Source: an uncultured Patescibacteria group bacterium
Lineage (GTDB): Bacteria; Patescibacteriota; Microgenomatia; UBA10105; UBA927
NCBI GenBank assembly: GCA_937921305.1
Contig: CAKZSU010000003.1
Span: 38,831 to 102,830, forward strand
Direction of reading: 5' to 3'
Length of the DNA: 64,000 nt
The notes beneath the pieces were generated by a model. That model saw nothing but the letters and a program-made list of their open reading frames with translations, was not told where the DNA came from and ran no database searches. Each line of letters starts with the position of its first letter. Within the stretch, counting starts at the first letter, position 1. Made by a program: the position numbers and the translations under genes. Shown piece by piece: positions 17,019 through 26,779 of this stretch.

Positions 17019-19445
17019 ATGATCTACGCATCGTCTAACACGCCTGAGAAACGATGGAAGCAAGGATATGGTGTCATTCGTCACACTTCCGCAACAAAAC
17101 GGATGGTTAATGCGATGATCGCCGCGTTGAAAAAACAAAATCTTCTCGCGTCAAATGTCGATCCATATGAAATACTGCACGCGGCAGATCTCATCGCAAG
17201 CGCGGCGATGTGGCTTGTTGTTCATTCTACGTATGCGAAACGGGTATATCTTGATGGCAGAATGTTAAAACAAGAAGACTTTAAGGAAGAACCAGAAGGA
17301 CATATCGGCGGATCGTTAAATGTTGTGCCGGGGTATGTTGCGTATTTGGCGGTCAACGCGTTGTTGGGAAAAACAAAAGCATGGACAATGGAGCAAGGGC
17401 ACGCGGTGGCGGCGATAGACGCGGTGAATCTTCTTGTTGGCAACATGAAGCCGGCGCATAGCGAACGATATACCATTTCTGACGAAGGACTGACGCGATT
17501 TGTTCAAGATTTTTATTCATATCGACTTAATCAATACGGAAAACAAGATTCTCCTCGCGGAAGCCATGTTAATCATTTTACCGGCGGCGGATTTATTGAA
17601 GGTGGATATCTTGGCTTTGTTTCAGTTCAATATGTCCATATTCCGCTTCCCGATGAAGAACTTGTCGTCTTTTTAAGCGATGGCGCATGGGAAGAACAAC
17701 GAGGAGGCGACTGGGCGCCTCGTTTCTGGAGAGCGGAAGATTCAGGTCTTGTTTTGCCAATTATGATCTTTAATGGAAGACGGATTGATCAACGATCAAC
17801 GGTTGATCAAACAGGAGGACCGGAGTGGTTTGCAAAGTATCTGAAATTGCATCATTTCTATCCAATCATCTTCGATGGAAGAGATCCAGCCGCGTTTATT
17901 TGGGCGATGTTGGAAATGGAAACGCGGTTGCGACGATATATGAAAGCGATTGATGGGCCGCGGGAATATCCTATCCTTCTTCCCTACGGCGTTGCGGTTG
18001 CTCCAAAAGGCGCGGGATTTTATGGAGAAGGAACAAACGACGCGCATAATCTTCCGCTTGGCGGAAATCCGTATCGTGATGAACTAGCTCGCGAACGGTT
18101 TAATTATCACGCGCGCCGATTATGGGTGCCGATGTCTCAGTTGTTTCTTGCTATTACCATCTTTAATAATCATCAAGAACAAGGACGAATAAAAGAAAAA
18201 GATCATCCTATCTCGAATAGAACCGTGTCGCTTCGTCATCATCCAGAACCGTTTTGTTATCCAGTGTCGGATGATCGATTCAATCTTTCTTCGGCATCCA
18301 AGCATTCTCCGATGGAAGCGATTGATAAAGGATTTGTAAATATCTTGAAAGCAAATCCTCATCTTCGTCCTCGAGTGGGGAATCCGGATGAAATTCGATC
18401 CAATAAAATGCTTGAAACATTGGAGTATCTCAAATTCCGCGCGGAGTCTCCCGAGGGAGGAAATATTGAATCAACATCGGGAGGCGTTATTACTGTTTTG
18501 AATGAAGAAGCGATTGCTGGAGCTGCGTTTGGCAACAAAGGAGGCATCAATCTTATCGCAACGTACGAAGCGTTTGCCTCAAAAATTTTTGGTCAAGCAA
18601 GACAAGAAGTTATCTTTTCCCAACATCTTAAGGAAACAAACCAAGGACCGCAGTGGTTGTCTGTTCCTATTATTCTTTCTTCGCATGTGTGGGAAAACGG
18701 AAAAAATGAACAGTCTCACCAAGACCCATCTATGGCAGAATCTATGTTTGGCGAAATGTCGTTTGTTTCCCGCGTTGTGTTTCCGGCGGATTATAATACC
18801 GCGTCGATTGTGATACACGAAGTCTATAAAACATACGGGCAACTATGGACGATTGTTGCGTCAAAACGACCAACTTATGATCTTTTTTCAAGACAAGAAG
18901 CTGAAGAACTGATGAAGAATGGCGGTATCCGCGTTTCATGGAGCGAATACAAACCAGAACGCTCGTCTCTTCTCTTTATCGCGATTGGTTCATATCAACT
19001 CATTGAAGTTTTGAAAGCGTCGCGGCGATTGCGAGAAAAACAGATTCCGCATGCGATTGTGTATCTTCTTGAACCTGGAAGATTTCGCAATCCGAGAAGC
19101 CAAGAAGAAGAATCGTTTCTTGCCGGATCGTTGGTTCGAGATCATCTTATTCTATCTCACATTGAACATATAGAACTTGTAACCCATACGCGTCCGGAGC
19201 CTATCGCCGGCGCGTTAAGCGGATGGTTTGGGAAACGATCAATCGCTTATCATGGCTTTATCAATCATGGGGGAACATTAGACGCTGACGGACTTTTGTT
19301 TGTCAACAAATCGTCATGGGTACACCTGTTGCGGTCAGCGGCAACGTATCTTGAGATAAACGAATCAACACTTCTTTTTCAAGAGGAACAAGACGCGCTA
19401 GATCGCAAACGAAGCCCGGATGGCGTTATCCGAATGATCGAATAA
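17019..19445 (+). CDS. xfp: Phosphoketolase (xylulose-5-phosphate / fructose-6-phosphate phosphoketolase family)
   Basis: 808 aa. Conserved phosphoketolase blocks: EGHIGGSLNVVPGY (matching GHWGTTPGLNF), IEGGYLGF (matching EGGELGY), LPIMIFNGRRI, and SSHVWENGKNEQSHQDPS (matching SSHVWRQDHNGFSHQDPG). Confidence 0.8.
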   Translation: MIYASSNTPEKRWKQGYGVIRHTSATKRMVNAMIAALKKQNLLASNVDPYEILHAADLIASAAMWLVVHSTYAKRVYLDGRMLKQEDFKEEPEGHIGGSLNVVPGYVAYLAVNALLGKTKAWTMEQGHAVAAIDAVNLLVGNMKPAHSERYTISDEGLTRFVQDFYSYRLNQYGKQDSPRGSHVNHFTGGGFIEGGYLGFVSVQYVHIPLPDEELVVFLSDGAWEEQRGGDWAPRFWRAEDSGLVLPIMIFNGRRIDQRSTVDQTGGPEWFAKYLKLHHFYPIIFDGRDPAAFIWAMLEMETRLRRYMKAIDGPREYPILLPYGVAVAPKGAGFYGEGTNDAHNLPLGGNPYRDELARERFNYHARRLWVPMSQLFLAITIFNNHQEQGRIKEKDHPISNRTVSLRHHPEPFCYPVSDDRFNLSSASKHSPMEAIDKGFVNILKANPHLRPRVGNPDEIRSNKMLETLEYLKFRAESPEGGNIESTSGGVITVLNEEAIAGAAFGNKGGINLIATYEAFASKIFGQARQEVIFSQHLKETNQGPQWLSVPIILSSHVWENGKNEQSHQDPSMAESMFGEMSFVSRVVFPADYNTASIVIHEVYKTYGQLWTIVASKRPTYDLFSRQEAEELMKNGGIRVSWSEYKPERSSLLFIAIGSYQLIEVLKASRRLREKQIPHAIVYLLEPGRFRNPRSQEEESFLAGSLVRDHLILSHIEHIELVTHTRPEPIAGALSGWFGKRSIAYHGFINHGGTLDADGLLFVNKSSWVHLLRSAATYLEINESTLLFQEEQDALDRKRSPDGVIRMIE

Positions 19446-19452
19446 CTGCCTC

Positions 19453-19638
19453 TTAATGATTGTGTGGAACATCTTCTTCTAAGAGTTCATAGCATTCAAC
19501 GAATTCATACATTTTTGTGAAAGGTTGATTTTTTTCCGTACAATCAATTGCTCCACATCGTGTGAGTCCATTGTTGTATTGTTCTTCTGATACCTTTGCG
19601 TGACAACTTCCTTTACATACATAGACTGGCGTATTCAT
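19453..19638 (-). CDS. Small cysteine-rich hypothetical protein, 61 aa, possible zinc ribbon
   Basis: Cysteines arranged as C-x3-C...C-x4-C. Lies immediately downstream of uvrB on the same strand. Confidence 0.3.
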   Translation of the reverse strand: MNTPVYVCKGSCHAKVSEEQYNNGLTRCGAIDCTEKNQPFTKMYEFVECYELLEEDVPHNH

Positions 19639-19662
19639 ATGATGTTCCTCCTTTTGTTTTTT

Positions 19663-21663
19663 TTATTGTATCGTATCCAGCGACTGGATCATATCTCGTA
19701 TTCTCGCGGCGAGTTCGAAATTGAGATTTTTCGCCGCTTCTTTCATCGCTCGTTGCAATTGTTTTTTATATGCGGCCCGATCTTGCGGCGTCATGCCTTC
19801 AAACGCTTTATCTCGAACTTCAAGCAACGAATTGATTCTCTGGTCTTGCTTTTCTGTCCGTTCTATCAATTTTTCTCGTATAGGTTTTTGAATCGTTTGT
19901 GGAGTAATGTTGTGTTTTTGATTGTACGCCATTTGATAGGATCTTCTTCGCTTCACTTCTTCAATCGCCGCTTGCATGGAATCGGTAATGGTGTCCGCGT
20001 ATAAAATAACTTTTCCTTCGTTGTGTCTTGCTGCTCTTCCCATGATTTGAATTAAACTTGTTCGACTTCGTAAAAATCCTTCTTTGTCTGCATCTAAAAT
20101 TGCAACAAGGGAAACCTCAGGGAGATCAAGTCCTTCTCGTAAAAGATTAATGCCCACGATCACATCGTATGTTCCTGTCCGAAAATCTGAAAGAATTTCG
20201 GTTCGATCGAGTGTATCTACATCTGAATGGAGGTATTGGACGCGTATTCCCTGCTCAGTGATAAACTTTGCAAGGTCCTCTGCCATTCGTTTTGTTAAGG
20301 TTAACACAAGAACGCGTTGTTTTTTTTCAATTCGAATTTTGATTTCATTTAAAAGATCGGTAATTTGTCCATCGGTTGGACGAACATCTACTTCCGGATC
20401 CAATAGTCCTGTCGGGCGAATGAGTTGTTCCACAATGTGCGGTTTCGATCGTTCTATTTCCCAATCATCCGGCGTTGCGGAGACATAAATCGTTTTTGGC
20501 ATCCGTCGAAGAAATTCATCAAACCGCAATGGACGGTTATCAAGCGCCGATGGAAGACGAAAACCAAAGTCAATAAGCGTTTGTTTTCTCGCTCGATCCC
20601 CGTTGTACATGCCTCGAATTTGCGGAATCGTAATATGCGATTCATCGATGACAAGGAGCCAATCATCGCCACCACATGCTTCTTGAAAATAATCAAATAA
20701 GCTGTACGGGGGGTCGCCGGGCTTTCTGCCGTCAAAATATCGCGAATAATTTTCAATGCCGTTCACATAGCCCATTTCTCGAATCATCTCAATGTCATGC
20801 TCTACCCGTTGTTTAATGCGATACGCTTCAATCGTTTTTCCTTGCGACTTGAAATACGCGACTTGTTGATCAAGATCGCGAAGAATTTCCTTAAATACTT
20901 CTTCATGTTTTGTTGGATCAGTCATATAGTGTTTTGCCGGATAAACAATGGTTCCGTTAAGCTCTTCCATGTGAGCGCCGGTAGCAGGATCAATTCGATA
21001 TAGCCGTTCTACTTTATTGGTTGTCACAATAATGCGAATCGATGTATCTTCATATGCTGGAAAAATATCAATCACATCGCCTCGCACGCGAAATGTCCCT
21101 CGATGAAATCCGTAATCAGACCGTTCGTATTGCAGTTGCACTAACCGATCAAAGATGGCGTCTCGTGAAACCGGCATGCCGGGCTTTAATTCAAGAACAA
21201 AATGACCATACTCCTTCGGCGATCCAATGTTGTAGATACACGACACAGAGGCAACGATAATCGTGTCTTTTCGGGTTAGAAGATTCGTTGTTGCGGCAAG
21301 ACGAAGTTTATCAATATCTTCATTAATTTCAGTTTCTTTTTCTATGTAGGTGTCGGTTTGTGGAACATACGCTTCCGGCTGATAGTAATCGTAGTACGAA
21401 ACAAAATAGGAAACTGCGTTATCAGGAAAAAAGTCTCGAAATTCTTGATACAGCTGCGCGGCAAGCGTTTTGTTGTGAGAGATAATTAACGTTGGTTTTT
21501 GGATTCGTTCAATCACATTTGCAAGGGTATATGTCTTCCCTGATCCGGTCACGCCAAGTAAAATTTGTTCTTTTACGCCTTTTTGAAGATTTTCTGTCAA
21601 TTTTTGAATCGCTTCTGGTTGATCTCCTGATGGTGTGTATGATGATTTGATATGAAATGACAT
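19663..21663 (-). CDS. uvrB: Excinuclease ABC subunit UvrB
   Basis: 666 aa. Helicase motifs (GVTGSGKT, DESH), the UvrB beta-hairpin region, and a C-terminal UVR domain. Confidence 0.95.
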   Translation of the reverse strand: MSFHIKSSYTPSGDQPEAIQKLTENLQKGVKEQILLGVTGSGKTYTLANVIERIQKPTLIISHNKTLAAQLYQEFRDFFPDNAVSYFVSYYDYYQPEAYVPQTDTYIEKETEINEDIDKLRLAATTNLLTRKDTIIVASVSCIYNIGSPKEYGHFVLELKPGMPVSRDAIFDRLVQLQYERSDYGFHRGTFRVRGDVIDIFPAYEDTSIRIIVTTNKVERLYRIDPATGAHMEELNGTIVYPAKHYMTDPTKHEEVFKEILRDLDQQVAYFKSQGKTIEAYRIKQRVEHDIEMIREMGYVNGIENYSRYFDGRKPGDPPYSLFDYFQEACGGDDWLLVIDESHITIPQIRGMYNGDRARKQTLIDFGFRLPSALDNRPLRFDEFLRRMPKTIYVSATPDDWEIERSKPHIVEQLIRPTGLLDPEVDVRPTDGQITDLLNEIKIRIEKKQRVLVLTLTKRMAEDLAKFITEQGIRVQYLHSDVDTLDRTEILSDFRTGTYDVIVGINLLREGLDLPEVSLVAILDADKEGFLRSRTSLIQIMGRAARHNEGKVILYADTITDSMQAAIEEVKRRRSYQMAYNQKHNITPQTIQKPIREKLIERTEKQDQRINSLLEVRDKAFEGMTPQDRAAYKKQLQRAMKEAAKNLNFELAARIRDMIQSLDTIQ

Positions 21664-21748
21664 AGATCTATCTACTTGAGTTTTCGGTAAAAATATCCGT
21701 ATATATATGTTAGGGTATATTTCAAAATACTATTATTTATAATCTATT

Positions 21749-22387
21749 TTGTTTATTTTTATGCCACCAATTCTCTATGATAAAGAACGCATGATTCTTG
21801 ATTATATCATGCAATTTATTGATAGATACGGATTCGCGCCGACACTTCGCGAAATTGGGGATGCGTGTGGTATGAGTTCTGCGGCGACTGTTCATGAACA
21901 TATTGAACGACTCCGACAAAAGGGGTTAATAAAAAAATTAGACGGCGCGTCTCGCGGATTGGAGGTTGTGCGTGAGAATTATCGCAACGATACAAACGCC
22001 TCCGCTCCACAACTCCCAATCATGGGATTCATTGCCGCTGGAAAACCATTGGAGCCGTACACTGATCCCAATGAATATCTTGCTGTTCCTCCTGGCATGA
22101 TTCCGCCAAACAAAACAGGATATATTTTGAAAGTCAAAGGAACATCGATGATCGAAGATGGGATTTTGGACGGCGATTATGTGGTTATTCAATATCAGGA
22201 GGATGCAAAAGATGGTGATATTGTCGTCGCGCTTCTTCCCAATGGACTTGCGACATTGAAGCGGATCTACTTTGAAAAAGATCGTATTCGTTTGATGCCG
22301 TCGAATAGCGAAATGTCTCCGATTTATGTGACACAAGTTAAAATTCAAGGTGTATGCGTCGGGCTTCTTCGCAGATATTCGCACTAA
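21749..22387 (+). CDS. lexA: LexA repressor (S24 peptidase). The start is either TTG at 21749 or ATG at 21761.
   Basis: N-terminal winged HTH (PTLREIGDACGMSSAATVHEHIERLRQKGLI). C-terminal S24 domain with Ser (GTSMIEDGI) and Lys (LATLKRI) residues. Confidence 0.85.
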   Translation: MFIFMPPILYDKERMILDYIMQFIDRYGFAPTLREIGDACGMSSAATVHEHIERLRQKGLIKKLDGASRGLEVVRENYRNDTNASAPQLPIMGFIAAGKPLEPYTDPNEYLAVPPGMIPPNKTGYILKVKGTSMIEDGILDGDYVVIQYQEDAKDGDIVVALLPNGLATLKRIYFEKDRIRLMPSNSEMSPIYVTQVKIQGVCVGLLRRYSH

Positions 22388-22409
22388 TAGATCGTGATAC
22401 AATGGTTTC

Positions 22410-23099
22410 ATGAGCGGTATCTTGTATCTTGTCTCGACGCCGATCGGCAATATTGACGATATATCTCTTCGAGCAATCAAGACACTTTGGTCTGTAGATG
22501 CTATCCTTTGCGAGGATACAAGAAGAACAGGCATGTTATTAAAAGAGCTTCACGAGCGGTATCCGAGCTTCGCTCCTAATCAAGATCACCGGTTTATCCC
22601 TTTTTACGATCAAATTGAAGAACAGAAACTTCCTGAAATTATCGAACAGCTTGAAGAAGGCAAACATATCGCGCTTGTGTCAGACAGTGGAACACCGCTT
22701 ATCAATGACCCGGGATTTCGTCTTGTAAACGAAGCAAGAAAACGATCGATTCAGGTGACCGCGATTCCTGGGCCAACGGCGGCAATCACCGCGCTTATTC
22801 TTTCTGGATTACCATGTCATACATTCACTTATCTCGGATTTCTTCCTGAATCATCATCCGCCCGAATCAAACGATTGCAAACATATGTGCACATTTCTTC
22901 TACATACATTCTCTATTGCGCTCCTCATAAAATCCGTCAAACGCTTCTTGATATACAACAAGTTCTTGGAGATATCGATATTGTCATTGCTCGAGAGTTG
23001 ACAAAATGTCATGAAGAAGTGCTTCAAGGAACAATTTCTTCATTTCTTGAGAGAGAGTTTAAGGGAGAGTTGGTGATTTTGTTCTCTTTGCGTCATTGA
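22410..23099 (+). CDS. rsmI: 16S rRNA (cytidine1402-2'-O)-methyltransferase RsmI
   Basis: Tetrapyrrole-methylase fold. N-terminal LYLVSTPIGNIDDISLRA and EDTR motifs. Confidence 0.85.
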   Translation: MSGILYLVSTPIGNIDDISLRAIKTLWSVDAILCEDTRRTGMLLKELHERYPSFAPNQDHRFIPFYDQIEEQKLPEIIEQLEEGKHIALVSDSGTPLINDPGFRLVNEARKRSIQVTAIPGPTAAITALILSGLPCHTFTYLGFLPESSSARIKRLQTYVHISSTYILYCAPHKIRQTLLDIQQVLGDIDIVIARELTKCHEEVLQGTISSFLEREFKGELVILFSLRH

Positions 23100-23130
23100 A
23101 TAATTCATACTTCGATGAAACAATAAAGCT

Positions 23131-24576
23131 ATGACATTCTCCCAAAGAATAAAAAAATTTTTTATTGCTGAACGATACGCTCTATTGCTTGTGTTTTTAC
23201 TCTTGCTTCACCTCCTTTTGAGAATTCCAACGTTTCTCGAACCAGCGCACAAAGATGATCCAAACTTTTTTATAACAGTAGGGAGATCAATGCTTCAAGG
23301 AAAAACTCTTTTTAGAGACATTGATGATATTGCTATTGCTCGTCCCGGACTTGCGTATATTATCGCTGGCATTGCAGGAAATCACGAGATTTTCCAATAT
23401 GCGACATTTGCGTTTAATATCATTTCGATACTCTTATTTTGGAGCATTACTCAAACTCTTTTACCGTCATTCATTATCTCTTTTGTGATTACATCGGGAT
23501 TTGTCATTTTTACTTCAACACCATTTTTAGAAGGAAACCATTCTATGAATGAATTATATTATCTTCCATTTGGATTAATGTCTTTATTATTTCTCTTTTA
23601 CGCCATTCAAAAACAATCTCGATTGTTCATGTATCAATTTCTGATTGGGTATTTTCTTGGTATTGGATTCTTGATAAAGATAACGGCAATATTTTATGCG
23701 ATCGCTATAGGAATAATTACTAGCATTCTTTTAAACAAAGAAAAATACTCTTTCTTCTTCATAATTCGTGCCATTTTTTATCAAATACTAGGATTTGTTA
23801 TTTCAGTTTTTATATTTTTCTTATCAGCGGTAGTTGAAGGAGCGAATCTTTCCAATATTGCTGAGTTAACTCGCATAACATTATCACTAAGCAATAATAA
23901 TATCCATATTCCCTTTTTCACATCATTCCTATTTAAGTTTTCTTCTGCTCTATTCCTTTCAGGAATTATTTATGCATTTCGAGATAAGCTGTCAAATAAT
24001 CTTATTATGTTAATTCTCTGGACTGCGTGGGCTATCTCAGGATCATATGTCATGAATATTATTGGTCTTCACTATACATTAATCGCTGTTCCTGGATTGC
24101 TTCTCACTGTGGGATACATATTATCTTCAAACAAACGAGAAGAGTGGATATTTGCATTTCTTCCAATAATATTTTTTATATTTGGTCATTTTGTTTATTC
24201 TGTCCGATATCCAAGTAATACGATAGACTATTATATTCGGGCGTATGATTATTTAACAGGAAAACTTTCCAAAGAAGAATATTACAGGACATTTTCTCCA
24301 TTTGTGTTAAGAAATTACGCGATTTCTGAAACATTGAAGCGCCTCGCTGAACCGAAGGAAGAAGTCCTTGTGTGGGGAATTTATGGTGAAATATACAATT
24401 TAAGCGAGACTCTTCCTGTTATTAAATATGTATGGCATGAGCACGTAGAAATGTTTGATTATTATGATGAAATGATTGCTGAGTTAGAAAAGAAACGAAC
24501 GCGATTTATTGTTATTACAAGAGAATATCCACAAGAAAAGGAACAGATGCTTTTTGATTATATGAATCATGTATAA
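23131..24576 (+). CDS. Polytopic integral membrane protein, possibly a GT-C-fold glycosyltransferase of the ArnT/PMT type
   Basis: 481 aa with more than ten predicted TM helices. An early extracytoplasmic loop contains acidic residues (HKDDP). No firm family signature was recognised. Confidence 0.4.
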   Translation: MTFSQRIKKFFIAERYALLLVFLLLLHLLLRIPTFLEPAHKDDPNFFITVGRSMLQGKTLFRDIDDIAIARPGLAYIIAGIAGNHEIFQYATFAFNIISILLFWSITQTLLPSFIISFVITSGFVIFTSTPFLEGNHSMNELYYLPFGLMSLLFLFYAIQKQSRLFMYQFLIGYFLGIGFLIKITAIFYAIAIGIITSILLNKEKYSFFFIIRAIFYQILGFVISVFIFFLSAVVEGANLSNIAELTRITLSLSNNNIHIPFFTSFLFKFSSALFLSGIIYAFRDKLSNNLIMLILWTAWAISGSYVMNIIGLHYTLIAVPGLLLTVGYILSSNKREEWIFAFLPIIFFIFGHFVYSVRYPSNTIDYYIRAYDYLTGKLSKEEYYRTFSPFVLRNYAISETLKRLAEPKEEVLVWGIYGEIYNLSETLPVIKYVWHEHVEMFDYYDEMIAELEKKRTRFIVITREYPQEKEQMLFDYMNHV

Positions 24577-24664
24577 TCGCATTTTATGCGAATGAAGAAG
24601 AAAAAGAAGAAGAATCAGCAGCGTTATATATTAGAAAAGACAGAATCCATGAATTATGACAAAG

Positions 24665-26779
24665 TCATGTTATTGATTCTAAAACAATCCTTGCATCTAA
24701 TATAACACCTCCTTTTCCATCTTCTCTTAATAAAAATGGATTGATATCGATCGATTCTATTGCTGGAATTTGAAGTGCGAGATAAGAAAGTTTAATGATG
24801 ATATCTCGTAAAACATTCAGATCTTTCTTTCGACTTCCTCGAAATCCGTATAATAATGGTTTTATTCTAAGTGATTCAATCATTTCATCAATATCCTGAT
24901 CGGTTAATGGAATAAATCGAAACACGACATCCCGTAACAATTCAACATATATTCCCCCAGCTCCAAGCATCATCATTGTTCCAAGATGTTGCTCTCGTTG
25001 TATCCCGAGGATTAATTCTTCTCCTTCATCTTCAATCATTTCACTAATCAGGATGCCATGCGTTTTTGCGTTTGGTGCGTTGAAGCGAGCCGCTTCGAGG
25101 ATCTCTTCAAATACCCTACCGACATCTTCTTGATGAACATTCAATCGAACACCGCCAAAGTCTGTTTTATGCGAAATATCCGGAGACACAATTTTCATCG
25201 CGACTCTTCCATGAAACATCTTCGCGATCGCCTCAGCTTCCTCTCGGGATTGCGCAAGTTTGCTTGTTACCATGGGAAATCCGCATTGTTGAAGGATCGA
25301 CCATGTCGTTTCAAGATTCACAAGATGAACGCGATGGTCCTGAAGTGAAGCAATGAGAGAAAAAACATCGTTTGGAATATCTATTGAAGGAAGATGATGC
25401 GATCCATAGGTTTTTTTTGTTATCTCGTAAAAATGAACAGCGTGTCCTACAGCTTGAATCGCGTCTTCTGGAAACTGCGCGTGTGGAACATCATGCGCGG
25501 CAAGGATATCGATTCCAGGTTTTACCAACGGTTCACCAATAAAACTCGCTGCAATAAGTTTATTTGTGGATTCTTTCACACGGACAATCGCTTCCGCGGT
25601 TTGTGGAATATCTGTCATGCTTTGCGGCGTCACGATTGTAACAACGCTTTCTACTGCGTCGTCTTTAACAATCGCTTGCAACGTCTGTTCATATCGATCG
25701 GACATAGCGTCCCCAAGAATATCTGTGGGATTTTCAATGTGCGCTCCTTTTGGAAGAATTGTTTGCAATGACTCTTGCGTTTTTTCTCCGAGATTCGCGA
25801 GTGTTAATCCTATCCGATCAGCTTCGTCTGTCGCGATAATGCCGGGTCCGCCGGCATTCGTGACTATTGCGATATTTCTACTTTTTGGCAGTCTTCCTGT
25901 TGCAAAAACAGCAGCGGCAGAAAGCATTTCATTCATCGTTTTTACACGGATAATTCCGGCTTGTTCTACAAGGGCTTGATATGCGACATCAGATCCAGCA
26001 AGCGATCCAGTGTGAGACGATGACGCGCGTTGACCAGCGGAAGTAACCCCAGCTTTTAAGAGAATAATCGGTTTTGGATGTTCGGATGCATTGTTTGTTC
26101 GCACAAGATGAATTAGTCTTTTCGCGTCTGTAAGTGATTCTGCATATAATAAAATTACTTTGGTAAATGGATCGGAGAAAAGGTATGGAAGCAATTCGTG
26201 TTCGCCGATCATCGCTTTATTTCCCACGCTGATCACTTTTGAAAAACCTAATTCTCGCTTTGTCGCAATATCTAATAGCGAACTGATGAGCGCGCCGCTC
26301 TGAGAAACAAACGCAAGAGTGCCAGCGCGAGGTATGACGGTTTCAAACGACGCGTTTAATCCACTATGCGGATTTACCACGCCAAGACAGTTTGGTCCAA
26401 CAAGGGATATGTGATATTTTGTGCAGATGTTCACGATTTCTTGTTCACGATATTTTCCTTCTGTTCCCGTTTCTTTGAATCCAGCGGATACAATAATGAT
26501 TGATCGAACGCCGATGGTTGCCAGCAAACGGACTTGTTCCACAACGAATGGCGAAGGAATAGCGATAATCGCGAGCTCTGGGATTTCTGGCAACTCACGA
26601 ACATCATGGAAGATTTTTTTTTCCAATAAAGTATCGGCTCGAGGATTGACGCCAAATATATTTCCCGTGTATGAAGAAGTGACGAGATTTTTAAATATAC
26701 TAAATCCAACACTCCGTTCATCTCTCGACGCCCCGATGAGCGCGACGCTTTTTGGTGAAAATATCGAGTCAATATTCAT
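24665..26779 (-). CDS. Acetyl-CoA synthetase (ADP-forming), fused alpha and beta subunits (NDP-forming acyl-CoA synthetase)
   Basis: 704 aa. N-terminal CoA-binding domain (SVALIGAS...GVNP), succinyl-CoA-synthetase-like flavodoxin domain, and a C-terminal ATP-grasp domain. Confidence 0.8.
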   Translation of the reverse strand: MNIDSIFSPKSVALIGASRDERSVGFSIFKNLVTSSYTGNIFGVNPRADTLLEKKIFHDVRELPEIPELAIIAIPSPFVVEQVRLLATIGVRSIIIVSAGFKETGTEGKYREQEIVNICTKYHISLVGPNCLGVVNPHSGLNASFETVIPRAGTLAFVSQSGALISSLLDIATKRELGFSKVISVGNKAMIGEHELLPYLFSDPFTKVILLYAESLTDAKRLIHLVRTNNASEHPKPIILLKAGVTSAGQRASSSHTGSLAGSDVAYQALVEQAGIIRVKTMNEMLSAAAVFATGRLPKSRNIAIVTNAGGPGIIATDEADRIGLTLANLGEKTQESLQTILPKGAHIENPTDILGDAMSDRYEQTLQAIVKDDAVESVVTIVTPQSMTDIPQTAEAIVRVKESTNKLIAASFIGEPLVKPGIDILAAHDVPHAQFPEDAIQAVGHAVHFYEITKKTYGSHHLPSIDIPNDVFSLIASLQDHRVHLVNLETTWSILQQCGFPMVTSKLAQSREEAEAIAKMFHGRVAMKIVSPDISHKTDFGGVRLNVHQEDVGRVFEEILEAARFNAPNAKTHGILISEMIEDEGEELILGIQREQHLGTMMMLGAGGIYVELLRDVVFRFIPLTDQDIDEMIESLRIKPLLYGFRGSRKKDLNVLRDIIIKLSYLALQIPAIESIDINPFLLREDGKGGVILDARIVLESIT

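Noticed and set aside
21664-21760. Canonical LexA/SOS box (CTGT-N8-ACAG or GAAC-N4-GTTC) in the lexA-uvrB intergenic region
   Set aside because: No convincing match to either consensus was seen by eye. Only AT-rich TATATATA and an AGATCT palindrome were present. A lineage-specific motif may exist, but it cannot be called from this window alone.
21938-22534. 198-aa minus-strand ORF antisense to lexA and rsmI
   Set aside because: It lies entirely antisense to two confidently identified genes, has low-complexity composition and no recognisable motifs. It is a spurious antisense ORF.
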